This document shows positions 1 through 9,116 of a stretch of 55,470 bases of DNA, in pieces. The stretch comes from an uncultured Candidatus Saccharibacteria bacterium. Lineage in GTDB: Bacteria; Patescibacteriota; Minisyncoccia; Portnoybacterales; UBA2143. Positions within the stretch are counted from its first letter, which is position 1, and each line of letters begins with the position of its first letter. Under the pieces are notes generated by a model. The model was not told where the DNA came from. It made no database searches and worked only from the letters and a program-made list of their open reading frames with translations. The translations under genes and the position numbers were made by a program. The stretch lies in assembly GCA_964649795.1 (NCBI GenBank), contig CAZYQY010000001.1, positions 11,711 through 67,180 on the forward strand, read 5' to 3'.

Positions 1-27
1 GAAGAACCTCAAGACAAGAAAAAACCA

Positions 28-816
28 ATGAAACTGGTCATGATTATTTCAATTATTGTTTTAATTGCCGGTGGTCTTGGCGGTTTTGTTTACTGGTGGA
101 ATTATTTACGGGTGATTCCGCCTTTGCCAGTAATTACCCATTATGAATGTCAAGATTCCCAATGTATTAGTATTAACGGAGAAGGGACAGATCAATGTCA
201 GATTCATCAAGATTGTGAGCCAGTTGAACCAATTGAACCAGTTATTCCAGAAGCGCTTATGCCTATACATAGCACTAATACAATTGAATTCACAGAACAG
301 GACAATCTTATCGAAAAAATTGCTGCTATAGAATTAGAAAAAAATAATATTGTTAATCGTTTAATTGTTAAAAAAGACAACCAAATACTTAATTTATTAG
401 ATTTAGTTAGTATTTTGAACTTAGTTATCCCAAAAAATATAAGCAGTTCTTTTGCTGAAGCAGAAATCATAGGCGATAATTATACTTTGTTTTTATATAA
501 ACAAACTCAAGGTAACCGTTTGGGACTTGTTATTAAAATCGCTCAAAGCGAGACATTAGCGACAAATTTAAAAGATTGGGAAATAACAATGACTAATGAT
601 TTAGAATCGCTTCTATTAATAGAAGAAATACCACCAGCTTTTACAGAAGGATTTCAAGATAATATTTATAGGGATATTGCCATTCGTTATCTTAATTTCC
701 CTGATCCAGGGTTGAGCATTGATTATGGCATACCAGACAATAAACTAATTCTAACTACCTCTCAAGAGAGCATGTATGCGATTATTAGTCTTTTAATGCC
801 TGCATCTGAAAATTAA
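28..816 (+). CDS. hypothetical membrane-anchored protein (N-terminal TM helix, Cys-rich linker)
   Basis: Long ORF. The N-terminus 'IISIIVLIAGGLGGFVYWW' is hydrophobic. No family recognised. Confidence 0.6.
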   Translation: MKLVMIISIIVLIAGGLGGFVYWWNYLRVIPPLPVITHYECQDSQCISINGEGTDQCQIHQDCEPVEPIEPVIPEALMPIHSTNTIEFTEQDNLIEKIAAIELEKNNIVNRLIVKKDNQILNLLDLVSILNLVIPKNISSSFAEAEIIGDNYTLFLYKQTQGNRLGLVIKIAQSETLATNLKDWEITMTNDLESLLLIEEIPPAFTEGFQDNIYRDIAIRYLNFPDPGLSIDYGIPDNKLILTTSQESMYAIISLLMPASEN

Positions 817-821
817 TTCCT

Positions 822-1532
822 ATGGTAGCGAAAATTCAAATTAAAAAAGGTTCTTCAAATAGACAAGTTTCTGATGATTTAAAATTAAACTTACGAGGAG
901 AACCAGAGCCAGAATTAGAACAAAAACAGCCATTAAAAAAATGGTTGTTTTTTAGTGTTTTTCTGTTTGTAATAATTGTATTTTTAGTATTTGGCTGGTG
1001 TTTTTCTGCTTCTAAAAAAATGACTTTTGCTGATTTAATACCAGAAAACGCTGTTTTTTTCGGGCTAATTAATCAGCAAGAACTTTATCCACAGGTTCAT
1101 CCTTTTAGTCAATTCTTAAGGGAAAATAACTTCTACGGGCAAAAAGCAATTAACAAGCTAAATAAATGCTTTAAAGAGGCTAGTCTAGACTTTAAAGAAA
1201 ATATTCAGCCATTCTTTAAAAAACAAGTCGCTTTTATCTTAATGCCAGCTAATTCTGAAACATCTTTCCCTTTTGTTTTTATTTTAGAAAATAAAATTCC
1301 TCTAAATGATTTTGGCCAGCTTTTAAGCCAAATTGAGCCTGAATTGAGAAAAGATTATAATTTTTCCTCGCAAATTTACCGCCAAACTAAAAAGACTATT
1401 TTAACTCCGCTTTTTTCTATTGCTTCTGGCTTGCCTGATATGTATATTTATGCCCAAATAGAGGAGTATTTTATTCTAAGCAATTCCCAAAAATCCTTAG
1501 AAAAAATCATAGATTTAATTATAGAAAACTGA
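822..1532 (+). CDS. hypothetical membrane-anchored protein
   Basis: Long ORF 5 nt after the previous gene, with one TM segment 'WLFFSVFLFVIIVFLVFGW'. No family recognised. Confidence 0.6.
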   Translation: MVAKIQIKKGSSNRQVSDDLKLNLRGEPEPELEQKQPLKKWLFFSVFLFVIIVFLVFGWCFSASKKMTFADLIPENAVFFGLINQQELYPQVHPFSQFLRENNFYGQKAINKLNKCFKEASLDFKENIQPFFKKQVAFILMPANSETSFPFVFILENKIPLNDFGQLLSQIEPELRKDYNFSSQIYRQTKKTILTPLFSIASGLPDMYIYAQIEEYFILSNSQKSLEKIIDLIIEN

Positions 1533-1559
1533 TTGTGAGTAAGCTGTGGATAAAACAGC

Positions 1560-1589
1560 TTGACAAGAGTAGTCTAAAATTAGTAAAAT
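1560..1589 (+). promoter_or_regulatory. sigma70-like promoter (TTGACA, 18 nt spacer, TAAAAT)
   Basis: TTGACA at 1560-1565 and TAAAAT at 1584-1589. Confidence 0.5.
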
Positions 1590-1899
1590 GATAATGTCCT
1601 TGGAAGTCTGTTTCTTAAGGACAATCTTTTGCTAGTTATATTTTTAACTGATGTGCAAAGTTTTTAGTTCTTTAACTAAGCTCGCGAGAGCTAATAACTA
1701 GTAAGAGAAATAGCTTTTCTGTAAAAAACATGGTTGTTGTTGCGCAGGAGGAATAATATATATAAAAAAAGCGCGATAGCGCTTGATTTACAGGAAAACA
1801 AGGGGGGCCTTGAACCTCTTAAAGTAATACATATCAGGTATTAAGGCCTCTCTAATATATCATAGTTTTGTAATTTAGTCAACATTAGTTGGCTTTTTT
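1590..1899 (+). ncRNA. candidate structured non-coding transcript of unknown class
   Basis: Lies between the promoter at 1560-1589 and a hairpin plus T-run at 1877-1899. No ORF longer than 16 codons. Several stems are visible: gtccttgg..cttaaggac, ctagttat..ataactag, aagcgc-gata-gcgctt and aatac..gtatt. Confidence 0.3.
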
Positions 1900-1941
1900 A
1901 ATTTTATTGACATTATATTCTTATAATAATACAATTAACAT

Positions 1942-2316
1942 ATGAATAATGCCTTGCAGAAAAAACTAAAAAAGAAATTAGAGCAGGAGAAAAAAAGATT
2001 AACTAAAGATCTTAGCTTTTTTGCTAAGAAAGATCCTAATATAAAAGGGAACTGGATGACTCGTTTTCCTTTTTTAGGCATGAACCGTTCTCATCAAGAC
2101 GAAAGCGCAGAGAAAATAGAAGAATACGAAAAATTATTATCTATTGAGCATACTTTGGAATCAAGACTTAAAGACATTGAAGAAGCATTAGAGAAAATAA
2201 AAAAAGGCGCTTATGGCCAATGTGAAAAGTGTAAGAAAAAAATTGAAATAAAACGATTAGAAGTTATTCCAGAAGCACGGCTTTGCTTAAAATGCGGCAA
2301 AGAGAACAATTCTTAA
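1942..2316 (+). CDS. DksA/TraR-family C4 zinc-finger protein
   Basis: C-terminal 'YGQCEKCKKKIEIKRLEVIPEARLCLKCG' fits the CxxC..CxxC DksA/TraR signature, preceded by a coiled-coil N-terminus. Confidence 0.75.
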   Translation: MNNALQKKLKKKLEQEKKRLTKDLSFFAKKDPNIKGNWMTRFPFLGMNRSHQDESAEKIEEYEKLLSIEHTLESRLKDIEEALEKIKKGAYGQCEKCKKKIEIKRLEVIPEARLCLKCGKENNS

Positions 2317-2322
2317 AAATTT

Positions 2323-3384
2323 CTAGTATATATATCCCCTAATAACTGAATCGTTAATGTGTATGGTGCGAACGCTCTTTACTCCCCATCCAAGATGATT
2401 CATTTCTGAAAAAGTGACCCAATTGCCCTTAACTGCTTCTACATAACCAACATGGCCATACCAGCTTTCTCTTGTAACAATAATAGCTCCAGCTTGTGGA
2501 GCTGTTCCAGTCTTATAACCATAAGCTCTTGAATTAGCCAGCCAGGTCTTAGCATGGCCGCTCCAAGGGACAATTCTCTTTTGAGACACATACCAAGTAC
2601 ATTGGCCATAAGGGAAACCGTGGCTAACTCCAGTGCCTGATCCAGAATAGCTTATTCTTGCTACGTATGTTGCTTTAGGAGCAACAGGCGCTGGCATTTG
2701 TCCGTCTGGAATGATTAATTTTTCACCAATTTGAATAGTCCCATTAGCCGGCAAATCATTAAAAGCGATAATTTCTTCGGTTTCTGCATCATAGTATTTG
2801 GCAATCCAGCCAATTGTTTGTCCGTCTTTAACTCTATGCAGTACTCCAGTAATTGGCAAAACAGTTAATTCATCGCCTGGCCGAATAATGCTGATTTCTT
2901 TAAGATTGTTAGCCCAAAGCAAGGTATATGTGCTAATACCGAAAGAAGCAGCAATGCTTGAAAGAGTATCGTTTTCTTGGACAGTATAAGTAATTAAACC
3001 ACTCCTTGGCTCTTGGGTAATAAAAGTAATGGGACTGGTCTGATTTAGAAAGGCATTTTCTTGCAGAGTTGCTAAAGCAGAATTGCTGTTTATCAATACA
3101 TCTTGGTTGTTATTATCTAAAGGATCTGACTGATTGGTTAAGCCAGCCAATGTATTAACCGCTAAACAGTTTTTATTAATGGCAAAATTGTTCTGTATAT
3201 TTAATTCATCAGTGGATTGCTCAACAGTAACTGATTTATCTCTGTTAAGGCAGGAGATTAGGATCGATTCCGTGCCTTTGACCGGATTAGCTAAAGACAA
3301 GCTTATACAAAATAAAACAACTGCTGCTAAGAGCAGTTTTTTGCTTTTTTCTATATCAATCTTAAATTGTTTGATCGTACTCAT
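2323..3384 (-). CDS. secreted peptidoglycan hydrolase with two LysM repeats and a C-terminal CHAP domain
   Basis: LysM-like 'YTVQENDTLSSIAASFGIS' and 'HRVKDGQTIGWIAKYY'. CHAP-like 'GQCTWYV...GHVGYVEAV'. N-terminal signal or TM segment. Confidence 0.75.
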   Translation of the reverse strand: MSTIKQFKIDIEKSKKLLLAAVVLFCISLSLANPVKGTESILISCLNRDKSVTVEQSTDELNIQNNFAINKNCLAVNTLAGLTNQSDPLDNNNQDVLINSNSALATLQENAFLNQTSPITFITQEPRSGLITYTVQENDTLSSIAASFGISTYTLLWANNLKEISIIRPGDELTVLPITGVLHRVKDGQTIGWIAKYYDAETEEIIAFNDLPANGTIQIGEKLIIPDGQMPAPVAPKATYVARISYSGSGTGVSHGFPYGQCTWYVSQKRIVPWSGHAKTWLANSRAYGYKTGTAPQAGAIIVTRESWYGHVGYVEAVKGNWVTFSEMNHLGWGVKSVRTIHINDSVIRGYIY

Positions 3385-3402
3385 GAGTACAATAATAGAG
3401 TA

Positions 3403-3687
3403 TCAAGAAGATTTCTTATTGTCAATCCCCATTTTGTGGATAGCAATAGCTAAGCGAGATTTCTTTCTACTAGCTGTGTTGTCGCTTATAACATTATGCT
3501 TAGCTGCTTTATCAATAGCTTTGTAAGTCCTGGGCAATGCCTTAATCGCGTCTTCTGTTTTTTTGTCAGCAATTAATTTTTTAATCTGCTTGACTGAAGA
3601 TTTCATTTTTTCATTTTGGTGAAGATTAAATAGCCGTTTTTTACGGCTTTGTTTTAAAGCTTTTTTAGCTGATTTGATAATAGGCAT
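3403..3687 (-). CDS. rpsT: 30S ribosomal protein S20
   Basis: 'MPIIKSAKKALKQSRKKR' and 'AIDKAAKHNVISDNTASRKKSRL' are typical of S20. Confidence 0.85.
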   Translation of the reverse strand: MPIIKSAKKALKQSRKKRLFNLHQNEKMKSSVKQIKKLIADKKTEDAIKALPRTYKAIDKAAKHNVISDNTASRKKSRLAIAIHKMGIDNKKSS

Positions 3688-3690
3688 GAA

Positions 3691-3730
3691 ATTAGTATTT
3701 AGTATTTAGTATCTAGTATTTGGTATATTA
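3691..3730. repeat. tandem heptamer (TAGTATY), about five copies, in the rpsT/ruvA divergent intergenic region
   Basis: Sequence reads 'attagtatttagtatttagtatctagtatttggtatatta'. Confidence 0.7.
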
Positions 3731-3774
3731 CCACCATATTTTATTTTTTACAAGTTTATGGTAGGATTTTAAAT

Positions 3775-4344
3775 ATGATTGCTTTATTAAAGGGAAAAAT
3801 TGAATTAAAAACAAATAAGTTTGTCATTCTTGATGTAAGAGAAGTAGGATATAAAATATTCTGTCCAATTGCTGTTTTGGAAAAAATAGGCGATAAAGGA
3901 GAAGATGCTAAATTATTTATTCATCTTTACTCAAGAGAAAATATTTTAGATTTATATGGATTTTTATCCTTTGAAGAGTTAGATTTTTTTGAAATGCTTA
4001 TTTCTATTAGCGGTATTGGGCCTAAGGCTGGTTTAGCAGTTTTATCAATTGCTTCTTTAAAAGATTTAAAAACTTCTATTGCTAGTGGCCAGGTTAGCTT
4101 GTTAACTAAGGTTTCTGGAATTGGTAAAAAAACAGCTGAAAGAGTTATTTTAGAATTAAGCAGTAAAATATTAGCTTCTGGAGATGATGTTAAGAAATTA
4201 ATGACTGATGATGAATCAATTGATGCTTTAGTGAGCTTGGGCTATACAAATCGCCAGGCCAGAGAAGCTTTAAAACAAGTTTCTGGGAAAACAAAAGGGA
4301 CAACCAATAGAATCAAAGAGGCGTTGAAGGTTTTAGGGAAATAA
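3775..4344 (+). CDS. ruvA: Holliday junction branch-migration protein RuvA
   Basis: 'MIALLKGKI', 'LYGF', HhH 'ISGIGPKAGLAVLS' and 'VSGIGKKTAERVILEL'. Confidence 0.85.
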   Translation: MIALLKGKIELKTNKFVILDVREVGYKIFCPIAVLEKIGDKGEDAKLFIHLYSRENILDLYGFLSFEELDFFEMLISISGIGPKAGLAVLSIASLKDLKTSIASGQVSLLTKVSGIGKKTAERVILELSSKILASGDDVKKLMTDDESIDALVSLGYTNRQAREALKQVSGKTKGTTNRIKEALKVLGK

Positions 4345-4349
4345 AAAAT

Positions 4350-5276
4350 ATGGATAAAAATCAATGGGATCAGTTTGTTATTAAAAACAATGGTTCCTTT
4401 TTGCAATCTTGGCAATGGGGAGAATTTCAAGAATCATTAAACCGAAAAATATGGCGAATACAGACAGATAATTTAAAAGCATTAGTAATTAAATACGATT
4501 TGCCTTTGAATAAAAATTATTTATATTGTCCAATGGGATTGGTCACAGAAGACAACATAAAGAGTTTTTTAGAAGAGATTAAGGGAATAGTCCAAGAAGA
4601 AAAGAGTGTTTTTTTTAAGATAGAGCCAGACAGATTACCAAGGTCAGACCTTTTTGAAAAAGGTCTGACCTTTAAGCAATCCCAAAAACAGATACAGCCG
4701 TCAAAAACAATAATTTTAGATATTACAAAACCAGAGCAGAAATTATTAGAACAGATGCATCAGAAAACAAGATATAATATTAAATTAGCAAAGAGAAAAG
4801 GAATAGCGATTGAAGAATCAAATAAAAAAATAGATGATTTTTTAAGATTATCAAAAGAAACTGCTAAAAGGGATAATTTTCATATTCATGACCAAGGATA
4901 TTATAAGAAAATGATAGAAGTTTTAGGAAAACAAGGAATAATCAGATTAATTTTAGCTAAATACAAAAATAAAGTTATTTCTGCTAATCTGGTTTGTTTT
5001 TTTGGGCAGACAGTTGTTTATTTACACGGCGCTTCTGATTATAATTTTCGTAATTTAATGGCTCCTTATTTATTGCAATGGCAAACAATTCTACAAGCCA
5101 AAGAGCTTGGTTTTAAACATTATGATTTTTGGGGAATTAATGAAAAAAAATGGCCTGGAGTAACCCGTTTCAAAAAAGGGTTTAATGGTCAAGAAATTAC
5201 ACATCCCGGCGCTTTCGACCTAATTTTTCAGCCATTGTGGTACAAAATTTATAACTTAGCCAGAAAGATTTCATGA
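4350..5276 (+). CDS. FemAB-family peptidoglycan interpeptide-bridge aminoacyltransferase-like protein
   Basis: 'FLQSWQWGEF' N-terminal motif, typical size and a cell-wall gene context. Confidence 0.65.
   Translation: MDKNQWDQFVIKNNGSFLQSWQWGEFQESLNRKIWRIQTDNLKALVIKYDLPLNKNYLYCPMGLVTEDNIKSFLEEIKGIVQEEKSVFFKIEPDRLPRSDLFEKGLTFKQSQKQIQPSKTIILDITKPEQKLLEQMHQKTRYNIKLAKRKGIAIEESNKKIDDFLRLSKETAKRDNFHIHDQGYYKKMIEVLGKQGIIRLILAKYKNKVISANLVCFFGQTVVYLHGASDYNFRNLMAPYLLQWQTILQAKELGFKHYDFWGINEKKWPGVTRFKKGFNGQEITHPGAFDLIFQPLWYKIYNLARKIS
4640..4672. repeat. perfect 33-nt palindrome (16-1-16) made of two AAGGTCWGACCTT units, inside the FemAB-like CDS
   Basis: 'aaggtcagaccttttt g aaaaaggtctgacctt'. It is in frame and encodes ..RSDLFEKGLTF.. 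Confidence 0.9.
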
Positions 5277-6451
5277 AAAACTTCTTAAAAAGAATAATAC
5301 CTAATTTTTTGTTGAATTGGTATCATTTTGTATGGGCTTTTTTAGGGGCAATTATTTATGGATTCCCTTCTAAAAAACTGAAAGTGATTGGCGTGACCGG
5401 GACTAATGGCAAATCCACGGTTGTTTTTTTGATTAGCCGAATTTTAGAACAAGCTGGTTATAAGGTGGCTGCTCTTTCTTCAATTCAATTTAAAATTAAA
5501 AATAAGGTCTGGCCAAATAATTTAAAAATGACTATGCCAGGCAGGTTAAAAATCCAGAAGTTTTTACAACAAGCTGTTCAATCTAAATGTCAGTATGCGG
5601 TTTTAGAAGTAACTTCAGAAGGGATTAAACAGTATCGTCATAAATTCATTGGCTTTGATTCAATAATTTTTACTAATTTAACGCCTGAACATTTAGAATC
5701 CCACGGAGGATTTGAGAATTATAAAAAAGCCAAGGGTAAGCTTTTCCAAGCGTTAAAAAATAATGGAAAGATTATTGTCAATTTAGACGATCCATCAGCT
5801 GATTATTTTATGAAATTTCCCGCCAAAAAAAAGATTGGCTATACTATAAATTCTGAAGTAAAATTCAAGTTAAATATTTTAGGCCAATTTAATATTTCTA
5901 ATGCTTTGGCCGCTATGTTTGCGGCTCAAGCAGAAGGAGTGTCTTTTAATAAAATAAAATTGGCTCTAGAAAATATAAAAAGTATTCCTGGCCGGATGGA
6001 ATTTATTATTAAAGAACCATTTACAATAATAGTTGATTATGCTCATACTCCTGATGCCTTGGAAAAGGTTTATCAAGTAGCTAAACAGATAGTGTCTGGC
6101 CGTTTAATAGGCGTTTTAGGAGCGGCTGGCGGGGGACGAGACAAATGGAAAAGACCAGAATTAGGCAAGATTGCTGCTAAATATTGTGATTATATTATTT
6201 TAACCAATGAGGATCCGTATGATGAAGATCCAAGCCGGATTTTATCTGAAATTAAAAAAGGAATTAAAAATAAAGCTCCATTTGAGATAATTTTAGACAG
6301 AAGAAAAGCAATTAAAAAAGCGATTAGCTTAGCTAATCAGGGAGATTTGGTTATTATTACTGGCAAGGGATGTGAACCGTGGATATGTGTCGCTAATAAT
6401 AAAAAGATACCTTGGGATGATAGGGAAGTGGTCAAAGAAGAATTATGCTAA
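5273..6451 (+). CDS. murE: Mur ligase, MurE-like, with a short hydrophobic N-terminus in place of the usual N-terminal domain
   Basis: P-loop 'GVTGTNGKST', 'DYAHTPDALEK', 'NEDPYDEDP' and 'DRRKAI'. 392 aa. Confidence 0.7.
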   Translation: MKNFLKRIIPNFLLNWYHFVWAFLGAIIYGFPSKKLKVIGVTGTNGKSTVVFLISRILEQAGYKVAALSSIQFKIKNKVWPNNLKMTMPGRLKIQKFLQQAVQSKCQYAVLEVTSEGIKQYRHKFIGFDSIIFTNLTPEHLESHGGFENYKKAKGKLFQALKNNGKIIVNLDDPSADYFMKFPAKKKIGYTINSEVKFKLNILGQFNISNALAAMFAAQAEGVSFNKIKLALENIKSIPGRMEFIIKEPFTIIVDYAHTPDALEKVYQVAKQIVSGRLIGVLGAAGGGRDKWKRPELGKIAAKYCDYIILTNEDPYDEDPSRILSEIKKGIKNKAPFEIILDRRKAIKKAISLANQGDLVIITGKGCEPWICVANNKKIPWDDREVVKEELC

Positions 6452-7743
6452 TTTATTTAGAAAAAATTCTTTTTTATTTTTTGATTTTCTGTTTGCCTTT
6501 TCAAACGCGGAAAATATTTTATCAATGGGGAGATAGCTTTAATGAATGGACTAGCGCTTATCTTTATTTAACTGATGTTCTGCTTATTTTAATCTTTTTT
6601 CTTTGGTTCTGGCGGATAAGAAAACAACGATTTTTTAAGAACCCATTTTCATTTCAAATGATTATAAAAAAACCCAGTTTTTGGCTGGTGTTTTTTTTAA
6701 TTATCAGTTCTATCTCACTAATTCGGGCAAATAATATTCAGCTAGGTTTTTATCATTGGTTTAAACTTCTAGAAATGACTGGCTTGTTTTTTTATTTAAA
6801 ATATAATTTTAAACAACTCCTCAATTTTAAAAAATTGGCTTATGTTTTTATTGCTAGCGGTTTATGCCAATCTATCATTGCTATTAGTCAATATATTCAG
6901 CAAAAGAGTTTGGGGTTAAAATTTTTAGCAGAAAGCCCTTTAGGAATAGAGATAGATGGCATAGCTAAAATCATTGTTAATGGGACAAAAATTGTTCGTG
7001 TATACGGAACTTTTCCTCATCCTAATGTTTTAGCTGCTTCTCTTGTCTTGAGTATTTTTTGTTTTTATTTTCTCTGGCTAAGTAAAAAACATTCCTTTTT
7101 GGGTTATTGTTCGTTGCTCATTGTTTATTGTTCATTGCTTACTGCCCTCTGGCTTACTTTTTCCAGAATTATTATCTTTACTTTTTTATTGTCCAGCTTA
7201 ATCTATTTTATTTTTATATTCTGGCAATCTCAAAAAATAAAAGACAAACAATTTTCCAAAAAAATTATCTCAATTTTTTTATTGTTCATTGTTTATTGTT
7301 CTTTGTTCATTGTTCCGGCCTGGTCGGAAATTTCTTCGCGTTTTTCTGTTTCCCTGACTGAACAATCAATTGGTCTGCGTGTTTTTTATACTCAAGCTGC
7401 CTTTTCTATTATTAAGGACTGTCCTTTATTAGGAATAGGCATAGGTAATTTTGTTTGGGAAATTAGGCAAATGATTAATTTGCTATCGTCTTGGATCCAT
7501 CAGCCAGTTCATAATGTATATTTATTAATTGCTAGCGAAACAGGACTGATAGGATTATTTTTATTTCTATTTTTTATTTTTCAATTATTGAGAAAAATCA
7601 ATCGCCAAGAAGGTTTTCTCTTATTACTTGTCTTTTCTTTTTTGTTTATTGCCTTATTTGACCATTTTTTCTGGACGCTTCAGCAAGGTCAATTGATGTT
7701 CTGGTTAGTTTTGGGTATAATGAAAGCTAGCCGCTTTTATTAA
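6445..7743 (+). CDS. polytopic membrane protein, O-antigen ligase/polymerase (Wzy_C)-like
   Basis: At least 10 predicted TM helices and a large loop in the C-terminal third. It follows murE with an overlap. Confidence 0.55.
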   Translation: MLIYLEKILFYFLIFCLPFQTRKIFYQWGDSFNEWTSAYLYLTDVLLILIFFLWFWRIRKQRFFKNPFSFQMIIKKPSFWLVFFLIISSISLIRANNIQLGFYHWFKLLEMTGLFFYLKYNFKQLLNFKKLAYVFIASGLCQSIIAISQYIQQKSLGLKFLAESPLGIEIDGIAKIIVNGTKIVRVYGTFPHPNVLAASLVLSIFCFYFLWLSKKHSFLGYCSLLIVYCSLLTALWLTFSRIIIFTFLLSSLIYFIFIFWQSQKIKDKQFSKKIISIFLLFIVYCSLFIVPAWSEISSRFSVSLTEQSIGLRVFYTQAAFSIIKDCPLLGIGIGNFVWEIRQMINLLSSWIHQPVHNVYLLIASETGLIGLFLFLFFIFQLLRKINRQEGFLLLLVFSFLFIALFDHFFWTLQQGQLMFWLVLGIMKASRFY

Positions 7744-7751
7744 TTATTACT

Positions 7752-9059
7752 ATGCGTTTTATTGCTGATTTACATATTCATTCTAAATATTCACGGGCTA
7801 CTTCTAAGGATATGGACATTGATCACCTTAATAAGTGGGCCAAAATTAAGGGAATTAAAGTCATGGGGACTGGCGATTTTACCCATCCTCTCTGGCTAAA
7901 AGAGCTTAAAACAAAGCTTGAACCGGCTGAACCTGGTTTTTTAAAATTAAAGAAATCAACTCGTTCTTCCATTTTAGATAATGATTGGATGCCTGATAAT
8001 GGAAATAATAGCAAAGAAGATAGAAAAATACGTTTCTTACTAACTAGTGAAATAAGCTGTATTTATTCGAAAAATAATCGAACTAGAAAAATCCATATTA
8101 TTATTCTAGCTCCTGATTTTAAAACAGTGGAAAAAATAAATACTCGTTTGGGCTGGATTGGCAATCTTAAATCAGATGGAAGGCCAATTTTAGGATTAGA
8201 TGCTAAAGAGTTGGCTAAAATAGCTTTTAATACTTCTGAAGATTGTATGGTTATCCCTGCTCATATTTGGACTCCCTGGTTTGGTTTATTTGGAGCTAAC
8301 TCTGGATTTGATTCTTTGGAAGAATGTTTTGAAGAATATTCTAAATATATTTATGCTGGAGAAACAGGATTATCTAGCGATCCAGAAATGAATTGGCAAT
8401 GGCAGGCATTAGACAAGATTACTTTAGTTAGTAATTCAGACGCGCATAGTCCTAGCAAAATTGGCAGGGAAGCAAATATTTTTGATACTGGGTTAAGTTA
8501 TTTAGATATGAAAGAAGCAATTAAAAGCAGAGATCCTAAAAAATTCTTAGAAACAATTGAGTTTTTTCCTCAAGAGGGCAAATATTATTATGATGGGCAT
8601 CGTAAATGCAATGTCTGCTTGACTCCAAAGCAGGCTAAAAAAATAAATAATATTTGTCCTAAATGCAAAAAGCCATTAACTATTGGCGTTTCTCATAGAA
8701 TTGATGATTTGTCTGACAGAGAAAAAGGAGAAAAGCCAAATAAGACCATTCCTTTTAAACATTTAATTCCTTTAGAAGAAATTATTGCTGATGCAAAAAA
8801 TATAGGAGTATCTAGCAAGGCTGTTAGGGAAGAGTACAAGAATTTGATCAAGCATTTTGGCTCTGAATTTAAAATACTTTTAGAAATTGACATTGAACAA
8901 ATAAAAGGAGTTAGTTCAGCTGAAATTGCTGAAGGAGTAAAAAGGGTTCGTCAAGACAAGGTCCATATTGAGCCTGGATATGACGGAGAATTTGGTAAAA
9001 TTGAAATTTTCAAAGACAAAGAACGAGATAATTTTTCAAAACAATCCAGTTTGTTTTAA
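7752..9059 (+). CDS. PHP-domain endonuclease, EndoQ-like (TIGR00375-type)
   Basis: 'DLHIHSKYSRATS' PHP start, later 'NSDAHS', and a zinc finger 'CNVC..CPKCKKPLTIGVSHRI'. About 430 aa. Confidence 0.6.
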   Translation: MRFIADLHIHSKYSRATSKDMDIDHLNKWAKIKGIKVMGTGDFTHPLWLKELKTKLEPAEPGFLKLKKSTRSSILDNDWMPDNGNNSKEDRKIRFLLTSEISCIYSKNNRTRKIHIIILAPDFKTVEKINTRLGWIGNLKSDGRPILGLDAKELAKIAFNTSEDCMVIPAHIWTPWFGLFGANSGFDSLEECFEEYSKYIYAGETGLSSDPEMNWQWQALDKITLVSNSDAHSPSKIGREANIFDTGLSYLDMKEAIKSRDPKKFLETIEFFPQEGKYYYDGHRKCNVCLTPKQAKKINNICPKCKKPLTIGVSHRIDDLSDREKGEKPNKTIPFKHLIPLEEIIADAKNIGVSSKAVREEYKNLIKHFGSEFKILLEIDIEQIKGVSSAEIAEGVKRVRQDKVHIEPGYDGEFGKIEIFKDKERDNFSKQSSLF

Positions 9060-9116
9060 CATGAAAGGGTTTTGGTTATTTTTAATTTTAGTTATAATAA
9101 TAGAAGGAATGAAACT

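Noticed and set aside
1545-1553. Perfect DnaA box (TGTGGATAA) here and a second one at 46870-46878, considered as a possible oriC.
   Set aside because: These are two isolated boxes 45 kb apart. There is no cluster, no adjacent dnaA or dnaN and no AT-rich unwinding element pattern. One or two perfect 9-mers in 55 kb is close to chance.
7107-7320. Near-repeats of 'ttgttcattgtttattgttc' in the Wzy-like gene, plus the alternative-frame ORF 7107-7361.
   Set aside because: The repeats encode similar hydrophobic TM segments ('LLIVYCSLL' and 'LLFIVYCSLFIV') in an AT-rich gene. This is compositional or paralogous helix similarity rather than a distinct element.
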